Shown here piece after piece: positions 39,467 to 51,706 of a stretch of 64,000 nucleotides of DNA. The position numbers were made by a program, and so were the translations under genes. Each line of letters opens with the position of its first letter. The stretch's first letter is position 1. Below the pieces are notes generated by a model that was not told where the DNA came from, did no database searches, and was given only the letters and a program-made list of their open reading frames with translations. Source of the stretch: Felis catus (taxonomy: Eukaryota); NCBI RefSeq assembly GCF_018350175.1, contig NC_058368.1:87360001-87424000 (forward strand). Reading direction: 5' to 3'.

Positions 39467-40961
39467 TGCCAAAGCAAACTTGAAAAGAAAAGGAAAGCTA
39501 TAAGCATCACAATACCAGATTTCAAGTTACATTACAAAGTTGTAGTGATCAAAACCATATGGTACTAGCACAAAAAAGAGAGATACATAAATCAATAGAA
39601 CAGAATGGAAAACCTAGAAATGAGCCCACCACTATAAGGTCAATTAATCTTTAAGAAAGCAGGAAAGAATATCCAAAGGGAAAAAGTCTCTTCAACAAAT
39701 GGTGTTGGGAAAACTGGACAATAACATGCAAAAGAACACCGGTCCACTTCTTACTCCACACACAAAAACAAATTCAAAATGGATGAAAGACCTAAATATG
39801 AGACCTGAAATCATACAAATCCTAGAGAAGAGCATAGACAGTAAACTCTTTGACATTGGCTGTAGCAACTTCTTTCTAGTTATGTCTTCTGAGTCAAGGT
39901 AAGCAAAAGCAAAAATAAGCTATTGGGATTTCATCAAAATAAAAAGCTTTTGTACAGCAAAGGAAACAACCAACAAAATTAAGAGGCAACCTATGGAATA
40001 GGAGAAGATATTTGTAAATGACATATGTGATAAAGGATTAGTATCCAAAATACATTTAAAAACTTATAAAACTCAACACCCAATAAACAAAGAATCCAGT
40101 TAAGAAAAAGGCAGAAGACATGAATAGACATTTTACAAATAAGGCATACAGAAGGCTAACAGGCATGTGAAAAGATGGTCAACATCTATCATTATCAGGG
40201 CAATATAAAACCACGATGAAATACCACCTCACACCTGTCAGAATGGCTAAAAATAATAATTCAGGGAACAAGGGGTGTTAGCGAAGATGCAGAGAAAGGG
40301 GAACACTCCTGCATTGCTGGTGGGAATGCAAACTGTGCAGCCACTCTGAAAAACAGTATGGAGTTTTCTCAAAAAGTTAAAAATAGAACCACACTATGAT
40401 CCAGAAATTGCACTACTAGGTATTTTCCCATGAAATACAATATTGCTAATTCAAAGGCATACATGCACCCCAGTGTTTATAGCAGATTATCTACAATAAC
40501 CAAATGATGGAAATAGTCTCTAAGTGTCTAACTGATGAATAGGTAAAGAAGTGATATATATAATGAAATACCATTCACCTGTCAAAAAGAATGAAATCTT
40601 GCCATTTGCAATGACCTGGATGGAGCTAAAGAGTATTATACTAAGTAAAATAAGTCAGTTAGAGAAAGACAAATACCACATGATTTCACTCATATGTGGA
40701 ATTTAAGAACAAAACTAATAAGCAAAGGAAGAGAGAGAGAGAGTTAAACAAACCAAGAAGCTGACTCCTAACTATAGAGAATAAACTGATGGATACCAGA
40801 GGGGAGGTGGGTAGGGGGATGGGCTAAATATGTGATGGGTATTATGGAGTACATTTGTTGTGATGAGCACTGGGTGTTGTACGTAAGTGCCAAATCACTA
40901 TATTGTACACCTGACACTAATATTATAGTGTATGTTAACTAACTGGAATTGAAGTAAAACC

Positions 40962-41150
40962 TTTATTTATTTATTTATTTATTTATTTAGAGGGAGGGAC
41001 AGAGACAGAAGGAGATAGAGGAATCCCAAATAGGCTCCACACTGTCAGCACAGAGCCCAACACAGGGCTTGAACTCGCAAACTGTGAGATCATGACCTGA
41101 GCTGAAATCAAGAGTCTGACACTTAACTGACAGAACCACCCAGGCACCCC
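40962..41150 (-). mobile_element. Can-SINE at the L1-L1 junction
   Basis: (TTTA)n tail on +; head ccacccaggcacccc. Confidence 0.9.
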
Positions 41151-41169
41151 TAAATAAAATCGTTTAAAA

Positions 41170-44100
41170 AGGTGATGGAGTAGGACGATTCTGAATTCAT
41201 CTTGTCCCACAGACACAGCAACAGCTTCATCTGTGCACCCAAAACTCTGACAACTGGCAGAAAAAACATTCCACAGAGAGAAGGCCACATGGAAATGGAT
41301 AGAAGACATGGAGGCCTAATTAAGAAGGAAATTCCTGACAAATCTAACTACAAATGAGAGGGACACTACAAACATGGAAAAGGAAGAGAAGCAGACTTCA
41401 CACCAGTCACCCCAAGCATGGAAGACCCACACTGGGAAAACAAGTCACCACAAACTCTGGCTTTGAAAGTCAGTGTGACTTAACTCTGGGTATTTTAAAA
41501 ATCAGTTGACCAGAGGGCAAGGGTAAATTTAATCCATACCTTAGAATAGACAGAATAATAGGGGCGCTTGGCTGGCTCAGTTGAAAGAATGTGTGACTGT
41601 TGACCTCAGGTTTGTTAGTTCAAGCCCCACATTGGGTGTAGAGATTACTAAAAAAAATAAACTTAAATTAAAAAAAAAATAGCCAGCATAATAAATAATT
41701 TTGCCCAAGCACAAAAGCAGCAGTTGGAAAGTGTCTTGGGAATACGTGACAGAAATTTATTTACTAATCTCAAAACATGTGTTGGAGGTGCAGGGGTCTT
41801 CAGATTTCTCTGAGAACAAAAGTGCTAGTAGGCACCATTTCTCTTTTTTTCCCAAGCCTAGATGCTGGAAACGTGCAAGAGTCAGCATTAACATTATGGT
41901 GGATAGTATCCACCTATCTTGGTAATACTTCATGCCCTGCTGTGTTCTTCTGCAGACTCACTACATCCAAATCACCCACCTCAGTAAGTGTCAATCCAAA
42001 GTGGCTCCTGCCCCACCACAAACAGCAAGCAGCCCCAGCAAGTAGTCCCACTACTCCAAGGTGACTCCTGCCCTGGGAAGATAGGGAAATAACCCACACA
42101 CACCAGCATGCCCACAGTTTTAGCAACTAAACCTTTTAGCTGACTACACAGGAAGAAGGCCCTGCCACTTCATAAATGTACATTTGTCGCAGAGAGGCTA
42201 AGTACAAACAGCTAATCTGACTAAAGACCTCACCTACCTATGAGACTGTGGCAGCCTCAGAAGACCCTTCAACAGAGCAAGAACCAAACTCTGCTCACTT
42301 CACCCACAGCAGCCACAAGATGCTGTGTGCAGCCCACGTAGGAGAACATCCCTGGAATGCCTGGTTCTGTTGACCAGGAACATTGCATCATAGGGAACCA
42401 CAGGATCTCTTCTACACAAGGTCACTGCTTTCAAGACCAGGAGATATAGCCGACCTCCTTAATACATAGAAACAAACACAAAGAGTCAGACAAAATGAGG
42501 AGGAAGAGGAATATGTTCCAAATGAAAGAACAAGACAAAGTTACAACAAGAGAGCTAAGTAAAACATTGATAAGCAATATGCCTGATAAAGAATTCAAAG
42601 TAATGGTCATAAAGATACTTACTGGACTTAAGAGTGGATGAACCTCAACAGAAAGATAGAAAATATAAAAAAGAACCAGCCAGAATAAAGAATCAAATAC
42701 AATCCAATACAAATACAATAGATCCAATCCAATAAAAGATACACTAGAGGGAATCAACAGCAGATTTAAGGATATAGAGGAATGGATCAACCATCTAAAA
42801 GATAACATAACAGAAAGCAACCAAGCTGAACAGCAAGAAGAAAAAAGAAGAATAAAATATTACAATAGGTTAAGAAAACTCAGTGACATTGTCAAGCATA
42901 ACATTCACATCCTAGGGATCCCAGAAGGAGAAGAGACAGAACATATTTGAAGAAATAATAGTTGAAAAATTCCCTAATCTGGGGAAGGAAATAGATCCAG
43001 GTCCAGGAAGCCCAGAGAGTTCCTAACAAGATGAACCTAAAGAGGTTCACACAAGGACACATAATAATTTGAATGACAACAAAGTAATGATCAAAAGAAT
43101 TCTAAAAATTTTCAGCAAAAGTATTGCAGGCCAGAAGGGACTGGTATGACATATTCAAAATGCTGGAAAGAAAAACTCTGCAACCAAGAATATTCTATCC
43201 AGCAAGATCATCATTCAGAATAGAGGGATACAATATTTCCCATATGAACAAAAGTTAAAGGAGTTCATCACTACTATACCAGCTTTACAAGAAATGTTAA
43301 AGGGGATGTCTTCAGTGGAAAGAAAACACATAACTACCAGTAAGAACATTATAAAAGGAAAAAAATTCACCGGTGAAAGCAAACATTCAGTAATGGTAGT
43401 AGATTAATCATTTACAAAGCCAGTGTGAAGGTTAAAACACAAAAGTAGTAAGATCAATTATATCTACAGACCTCAGTCAAGAGATACACAAAATTTAAAA
43501 TAAGATATAAAATATGGCATCGTGTACATACAACATGGGAGGGGAGTAAAAGTGTAGTGCTTTTAGAATGTGTTCAAGCAACCATCAACTTAACATAGAC
43601 TGTTCTATCCATAAGATGCTATATATGAACCTCATGGTAACCACAAATCAAAAACCAAAATAAACACACACACACACACACACACACAAAAAGAAAGGAA
43701 TCAAAGCACAACACTAAAGAATGCCATCAAACAACAAAGGAAGAGAGCAAGAGAACGAGAAAGAACTACAAAAACTACCAGAATACAATTAACAAAATGG
43801 AAATAAATAATGCTTATCAATAATTACTATAAATATAAATAGGCTATGTATTCCGATCAAACATATAGGCTGACTGAATGGATAAAAAAAAAAAAATAGA
43901 CCCATCTATATGCTGCCTGAAACGACTCACTTCTGACCTAAAGACACACACAGACTGAAAGTGAAAAGATGAACATATACCATGCAAGTAGAAAAAGAAG
44001 AAAAAAAAAAACAGGGCTGTAATACTTATATCTGAAAAAACAAACTTTAAAACAAAGACTGTAACAAGAGACAAAGAAAGGCACTATGTAATGATAAAGG

Positions 44101-46490
44101 GAACAATTGAAAAGGAGGATATAACAATTATAAATATCTATGCACCGAATATAGGAACACCTAAAACATAAAGAAGTTATTAGCAGACACAGAGGGAGAA
44201 CATGACAGTAATACAATAATAAGGGATTTTAACACCCCAATTACATCAGTGGATAGATCATCCAGACAGAAAATCAAAAAGAAAATAGTGGCTTTGAACA
44301 ACACATTGGCCAGATGACCTAACAGATATACATAGAACATTCCAACGAGAAATAGGAAAATACACATTCTTTTCAAGTGCATATAAAACGTTCTCCAGGA
44401 AAGATCACATGTTAGGCCACAAGACAATTGTCAGTAACTTTAAGAAGTTTAAAGTGATATCAAGCATCTTTTCTGACCTCAACAATATAAAATTAGAAAT
44501 CAATTACAAGAAAAAATCTGGAAAGATCACCAATACATGGAGGTTAAACAACATGCTACTAAACGATGAATGGCTCAACCAAGAAATCAAAGAGGAAGTT
44601 TAAAAAAAAAACAAAACATGGAGACATATGGAAATGAAAATACAACAATCCAAGATTTTCGGGATGCAGCAAAAGCTTTTCTAAGAGAAAACTTAGTAGC
44701 AATACAGGTCTACCTCAAGAAACAAGGAAAATTTCAAATAAACAACCTAACCTAACACGGGAAAGAGAAAAATAAAAAAGATGAACTAACAAAACCAAAA
44801 GCTAGTAGAAATAAGGAAATAATAAAGATTAGAGCATAGATGAATGAAATAGAGATTAAAGAAACAATGAAAAAGATCAATGAAATCAGGAGCTGGTTCT
44901 TTGAATTTACAAACAAAATTGATAAACCTTTAGCCAGACTCATCAAGAAAGAAAGAGGACTCAGAAAAGTAAAATAAGAAATGAATGAGGATAAATAACA
45001 ACCAACCTCACAGAAGTACAAATGAGTATAAAAGAATATTATTAAAATGTATATGCCAACAAACTGGACAACTTAGGAAAAAAATAGATAAATTATTAGA
45101 AACATAATTTTCCAAAACTGGATCAGGAAAAAATAGAAAATTTAAAGAGACCAATTAAAGAAATTGGATTGATAATCAAAAAACTACAAACAAACAAAAT
45201 TCCAGGACCAGATGTCTTCACATAAATTCTACCAAACATTTAAAGAAAAGTAATACCTATCCCTCTCAACTATTCCCAATAGAAGAGGAAGGAAAATCTC
45301 CAAATTCATTCCATGAAGTCAGCATTACACTGATACCAAAACCAGTCAAAGACACAACAAAAAGAAAACTACAGGACAATATCCCTGATGAGCACAGATG
45401 AAAAAATTCTCAAAAAAATATTCAACAATACTTAAAAAGTCATTCATCATGATCAAGGAGGATTTATTCCAGGGATGCAAGAGTAGCTCAATATTTGTAA
45501 ACCAATGTGTAAATCACACAAACCAATTTGTAAATCAATGACCAATTGATTGGTTTCTAAGTCACAAACCAATTTGTAAATCAATGTGATACATCACTTT
45601 AACAAGAGAAAGGATAAAAACCATATGACCATCTCAATACATGCAGAAAAATTATTTGACAAAATACAGCATCCATTCATGATAAAAACTCTTACCAAAG
45701 TGGCTTTAGAGGGAACATACCTCAACATAATAAAGGCCATTTGTGAACAAGCCACAACTAACATTATATTCAATGGTTAAAAACTGAGAACTTTTCCTCT
45801 AAGATCAGGAACATGACAGGATGTCAACTCTCACCACTTTTATTCAACATAGTACTAGAAGTCCTAGCTGCAGCAATCAGATGACGACAACAACAAAAGG
45901 AACCCAGAGTAGTAAGGAAGAAGGAAACTCACTATTTGCCATGGTACTATATATAGAAAACCCTAAAGAATCCACCACAAAAACTATTAGAACTGATAAA
46001 TGAATTCAGTAAAGTTGCAGGATACAAAATTAATATACAGAAATCTGTTGCATTTCTACATACTAATAATGAAGTAGAAGAAAAAGAAACTAAGAAAACT
46101 GTCCCATTTACAAATACCATATATTTCATTTATATGTGGAATCTAAAAAACAAAACAAATGAACAAGCCAACAACAACAACAACACAAAACAACAACAAA
46201 ACAGAATCAAAAATACAAAAGAACAAAGTGGTGGTTCCCAGAGAGTAGGGGAGTGAGTGAAATAGGTAAAGGGGATTAAGAAGTACATACTTCCAGTTAT
46301 AAAATAAATTAGTTATGAGGATGAAAAGTACAGTATACGGAATATAGTCAATAAGATTGTAATAACATTGTATGGTGACAGAGGGTAACTACACTTATCT
46401 TGGTGAGAATAGCATAATGTATAGAATTGCCAAATCAGTTTGTTGCACACCTAAAATTAACATAACATTGTATGTTTACTTCAATTAAAA
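41170..46490 (+). mobile_element. Older LINE-1 with 5'UTR, ORF1 (about 42495) and ORF2 (about 43797), with a large internal deletion near 46110
   Basis: ORF1/ORF2 remnants; RT region joins directly to the ORF2 end and 3'UTR. Confidence 0.85.
41561..41680 (+). mobile_element. Short Can-SINE
   Basis: ggggcgcttggctggctcagttg ... ccccacattgggtgtagagattact and polyA. Confidence 0.85.
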
Positions 46491-46494
46491 AGCA

Positions 46495-46850
46495 AAAACA
46501 GTGATTGCTAGAGATGAGCAAAAAGGAAGGGTGAATAGTGCAAACACAGAGGATATGGGGGCAGTGAAACCACTTTCTGTGATACTATAGTAGTAGACAC
46601 ATGTCATTATACACTTGTCCAAACTCATATAATGTACATAACTAGGAGTGAATTCTGATGTAAACTGTGGACTTTGGGTGATTATGATGTGTCAGCCATT
46701 AGTTATAACAAATGTATCACTCTAATTATGTTGACAATGGGGGACACTATGGTGGGGACAGAAGGTATGTGGGAAGTCTCAGTACCTTCCTTCAAACCCT
46801 GCTGTGAATCTAAAAGTGCTGTAAGATATAAAAATCTATTTTTTAAAGGC
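46495..46850 (+). mobile_element. Old L1M-type 3'UTR fragment
   Basis: atgtcattatacacttgtccaaa ... gtaaactgtggactttgggtgattatgatgtgtca motif. Confidence 0.65.
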
Positions 46851-48214
46851 TAATAAGCAATAAAGCAATATATAAGTTTAAGACCTGTTTTCTGATCCAT
46901 CTCTATACATGTTGTTTTTGAAACTAAGGGGCATATGAAAGTTCCCAGAGAGTGTAAAAATATCAGTAAAAAAACGAAAAAGAAAACCAGTGGTGAAATC
47001 CCCAGACCACAGGAAGCGAAGTCAATGCAGGACCCAAAGAAGAGGAAGCTATAAAATTAGCAGGAAAGACTGAGTAGCACCCCAAAAACAAGAGAGAAGA
47101 GTTTCAGGAAGAAGATGAGTGGAATTAAAGGCAACAGATGTCAACTAAAATAAAAACTGGGAAAGATGTACAAAGTTACAGCCAGGACCGCAGAGGGCCA
47201 CCAGAGAGTCTATGCTCTGGGCCTCTTCCCTTCTGTTATTTTCCTGGAGTATTTCTTCTCCCCTGGCTTCTGCATGGCTCACACTTTCATTTCATGTAGT
47301 ACCTGATCCAATGGCACCTGATCTGAAGGTGGGCAAGAAAGTAGCCCTCATCATGAATACAGTTTTTATTATACTATTTATGTGTGTTGTATATTGTCTG
47401 ACTGTCTAGAGTCTAGTGTCTGTAGCCCCCATAAGAATGTCTATAAAAACAGACTCTTGATCTCTTACTCACTGCCACTGTCAGCACCTACAAGTGACCA
47501 GAAACAAAGTAGCCAAAAGATATCTGTTGAACAAACCAAGAGCAGCAGAAGCCAAATTGCTGAGGTAGACCAATAAGGAGAGGATATGGAGGCATTCAAT
47601 AAAGGTCTCTTCAAGGAAAGAGATACGGTGATATGTGAGGTTGGGCTGATGTGGCAGGTAGGAGACATCAGAGTGTTATGAACATATAGAGGCTTTAATT
47701 ATGGATTAATGGATTATTCCTCAGTAAAGAACCTTCTTGCTCTATTTTGCCTTGGTGCTGATCTGATTGGTATTTACATCAGTAATGTGAATGAAGACAT
47801 TTACAATTTGCTTGTTGTAGGTAGAGGTAACATGGACAGAATCACAATTCAAAGATGCCTAAACAATCAGTCAAAACAAAGACAAGATGGAATTTAGCAG
47901 AGCTAAATGTGAGGTCCACACAGGTCGGAGAGAGCAGGATGTAGAAGCCCTCTAGAAAGTGCAGCAGCAACACATCATGAGACAGTGTTTACTGGAGTTA
48001 AGGGAGCAGACAGTGGGTTCCACAGCCATCCAGCTGGGTGTCCCAAGGCAAAGGTCCTAAGCGCTCTTAGTCTCACTTTCTCCTATTTAAATTGGAGACA
48101 CTGATACCTACCTACTTGGCATAATTTTTATGAGGCCGCTGAGATAACCTATGTTAAGATCATGGAAAAGCAATGATACATGTTTAAGTACATGATTATC
48201 AGTAAATATTTTTG

Positions 48215-49220
48215 TGCCATTATAAGAAATATGTTTGGTCTTTGTCCCCATTTCCTGGCACAGAGCTTCTAAAACTCTTGAAATATCCTAAATGTGTTTT
48301 TTAATCCCCCTAAGTGGAAATTAAAGAATTTCCTATCTGTCTATTTTGCTATTCAAAGAAACCCCTTTTTAAAAATTTTTATTTGTTGTTTTGAGAGAGA
48401 GAGAGAGAAAGAGCAGGGGCTGGGGAGGGGCAGACAGAGAGGGAGAGAGAGAATCCCAAGAAGGCTTCCCACTGTCAGTGCAAAACCCAACACAAGGCTT
48501 GAACTCACAAACCGTGAGATCATGACCTAGCCAAAATCAAGAGTTGGAGGCTTAAGTGACTGAGCCACCCAGGCGCCCCTCAGAGAAGCCCTTTTTGATC
48601 ACATCTGAGTTTATACTAATGAGATGACTAAAGGGAGGCCATAGGTGGCCTTAGGATGGGGTGGGTCACCAGAATGACAAAGTGATTAGAGAATTGGAAC
48701 TTTCAGCCCTACCCACCAACCTCAAGGAAGGAGAAAGGAGGGAGGCTGGAGATTAAACTCTATAAAATGTCTTGGAAAATAAGATTTAGAGCCTTCTGGG
48801 CTGGTGAATGCATCCATGTACCAGGAGGGTAGACTGTCCCAACCACATGGGGACAGAAGTTCCTGTGTTCCAGACCCTTCTGGGCCTCACCATATGTGAC
48901 TCTTCATCTGGCTGTTTACTTGTATTTTTCATAATATCTTTCATCATTAATGTAAATGTAAGTTTTGTTTCTCTGGCTTCTGGGAACTATTCTAGCAAAT
49001 TTTCAAACCTGAGGAGGGGATCATGGAAACCACCAATTCATAGCTGAGTCAGAAGGAAGTGCAAGTAACCTGTGCCCACTACTTGCAATCGGTATCTAGC
49101 ATTTCCAGTGTGTGGAACATGTATGACTGAGCCCTGAAGGGGTGGGGGTCTGCACTAACTCTGAGTATATAGTGTCAAAATGGAATTGACTTATAAGATA
49201 CCCAGTTGGTGTCTGCAGAT
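48215..49220. mobile_element. ERVL/MER21-like LTR interrupted by a SINE
   Basis: ttggtctttgtccccatttcctggcacagagct ... gatacccagttggtgtctgcaga motifs. Confidence 0.55.
48366..48579 (-). mobile_element. Can-SINE
   Basis: Head ctgagccacccaggcgcccc; TSD-like tca(a/g)agaa(c/g)ccc. Confidence 0.9.
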
Positions 49221-50002
49221 ATTTGGTTACCAGAATTTCACATTATTATTTACACATGTGAACTTGTGATCTGATATGACTGCCAAAAACAATGAAATAA
49301 CAAGTTCCCCCTGAGACAGTACAGTACCCTGCCATGGGAGGTGAGAATTCCACCATACATCATTAAGAGTATCAGGTTCAGATCTGGGCAGTGTACTTCA
49401 AATAGAAACAATAACAGAACAGCTCTTACCTAGGACAGCATGACTACATAGGTAAAGATGTGAAGCCACATCCTACCTGAGCATTTAGAGTCATCCAGGC
49501 AAGAGATGAGAAGACCTAGAGTGTGAGTATTGTCTCTGGGGAATTGAGATCAGCATCTCTCAGCAGAACCCAGTGGAAGTGCAGGGGGAAGGGGGGGGAG
49601 GTGGTGCAGAACAGGGAACAATGCACAGAAACCAAAGAAGGTGCTGCATAGAAATAAGAACTCTCTGCTCTGCAGTGGCCACATTGTGCAGCAATGACTG
49701 GTGTGCTTGGAAGTGTTCACACACAAAACCGGTGACTATCCATGTGAACGTCTTAGAAAAAAGTGTTTCACTCGGTGGAGAATTGGGCTGCACAATCCCT
49801 AAGGTTTCTTTCAACTCTAAGAATTTCCAATTCTGTAGTCATAAATACTTACTAGCAGAAGGTAGTATCTAATCTGTCTCCTCCATTCTCTACCCTCAAC
49901 TCCATCGTATAGTCTTTTATACCGCAACCCCCATCCACATTTTCCAAACATACATCCATGAAGAGAACATGCTTTTCTGCTGAGACACCCATGAAGACTT
50001 AC

Positions 50003-50173
50003 CCCAGTTTCTGCAGCTTACATTGTGGATGCTTTGCTTTTTCACATAGAACTCCAACTCCTGAGTCTCCCAGTGCATTTTCCCCCAAGTAGAGTCTGGT
50101 CAGGGACTGGCTGGTGCTCAAGACGGATGCCAGGTCCTCACAACATGCTGATGTGAGACAGCAACTGACCAAC
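50003..50173 (-). CDS. NLRP3: NLRP3 coding exon 6 (LRR), 171 bp
   Basis: [57 protein letters not shown]; tggaAG acceptor and GTaagt donor. Confidence 0.96.
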
Positions 50174-50384
50174 CTTCCATAAAGATGGCAGAATGTCATA
50201 AACCTTCTCTAACCTCTGTGAGTCAAGGATGCACGTGATCTGTTGCTACCTCTACTCCCATCCATACATGGGAAAAATGGGCCCAAACTATATGCTAACT
50301 TTTTATTTCATTTTATTTGGTGTAATAGAAAGTACCATCCAAGCCCATGCCAACTCCACATCTTTTCAGCTCCCTATACTTACT

Positions 50385-51340
50385 TTTATTGTGTTAAAAT
50401 ATACATGTGACATAAAATTTACTCTCTTTAAGTGCACAATTCAGTAGCATTTAAGTATATGCACATTGTTGTGTGACCATGACCACCATCAATCTCCAGA
50501 AGTTTTTCATCTTTCCAAACTGAAACTTGGTATCCACTAAACAAATTCCCTGTTCCTCCCTCCCCCAGCCCCTGGGACCCACTATTTGGATTCCTGCCTC
50601 TATGAATCTATTTTAGGTACTTCCTATAAGCCAGATCATATGTATTTGCACTTTTTAATCTGGATCATTTTAATGAGTATAATGTCCTCAAGATTCATCT
50701 AAATTCCTTTTAAGTCTGTATGCACGTATATACCACATTCCTCCACCCCAAATCCCACCCCCAACCCCACCCTATACCACATTTTTTAATCCATTCATCC
50801 ATGGGTATTGAGATGTTTCCACCTTCCAGCTATTGTGAATAATGCTGCTATAGACACAGGTGTACTGATACATGTTTGGGTGCCTGATTTCAGCTCCTTC
50901 CTATATATAGCCAGAAGTGAAATTGCTGGATCATATAGCAATTCTATGTCCAATTTTTTGAGGAACTGACATACTGTTTTCCAAACCAGCTGTACCAGTT
51001 TACATTCCCATCAGCAATGTGTGATGGTTCCTAATTCTCCATATCCTCACCAACACCAGTTTTTCGTTTTGTTTTATTTTTTTAATTGTATTTTAGAGAG
51101 AGAGAGAGAGAGAGAGAAAGCAGGAGTGGAGACGAAAAGAGAGGGAGAGAGAGAGAGAATCTTAAGCAGTTTCCATACTCAGCGTGGAACCGACCCAGGA
51201 CTCCATCCCATGGCCCTGGAATCCTGAATGGAGCTGAAATCAAGAGGTGACATTCAATGGACTGAGCCACCCAAGCGCCCGAAAGTTCATGCTGGATTAC
51301 TTTTTTTTATAATTGCCATTATAATGGGTATAAATTGGCC
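50385..51340 (-). mobile_element. Old LINE-1 3' end (L1MA/MB-type), interrupted by a SINE
   Basis: gctattgtgaataatgctgctat and ttgctggatcatatagcaattctat motifs. Confidence 0.75.
51060..51280 (-). mobile_element. Can-SINE
   Basis: Head actgagccacccaagcgccc; (GA)n. Confidence 0.88.
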
Positions 51341-51706
51341 TTACCATTTTGAAGGGTTTTCTCTTCTTCAAAATTCAAGTCTCCCAGAATCATTTAGTGA
51401 GAGCTGCATAAAATATCAAGTGTCTGCCACTCTTGTGTTAGCATCTCTTTTCCTATTTAGTGTGGAGACTAAGGGCTTGTAATAAAGTCCCAAAACCCTT
51501 CTGGAACAATGCATTATGGGGGTTTTATTTTCTCAGCTAGACTATAAATACCTTAAAGGCAAGCATGATATATTTGATTATTTAACTTCCTTTCTAAGGT
51601 TTGGTATGTGGCTCTTCCCACATGAAACACTAACTAACTGAATTATTGATAAACACTGGGAAATCTTCTGAGCAGTGAAGGTCATTCTCATGCTAAAATC
51701 TCCCAT

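Larger units (their letters stand above)
33621..40960 (+). mobile_element. Full-length older carnivore LINE-1 (long 5'UTR with T-rich tract, ORF1 from about 35178, ORF2 from 36358), containing three SINEs; inactivated
   Basis: ORF1 peptide KLAKYKDKERILKA; ORF2 start MALNSYLSVITLNVN; 3'UTR ends aactggaattgaagtaaaa. Confidence 0.9.

Noticed and set aside
33600..41170. Possible TSD aaaatcattt/aaaatcgttt for the 33621-40960 L1
   Set aside because: The right-hand copy is equally well explained as the TSD of the SINE at 40962-41150; ambiguous
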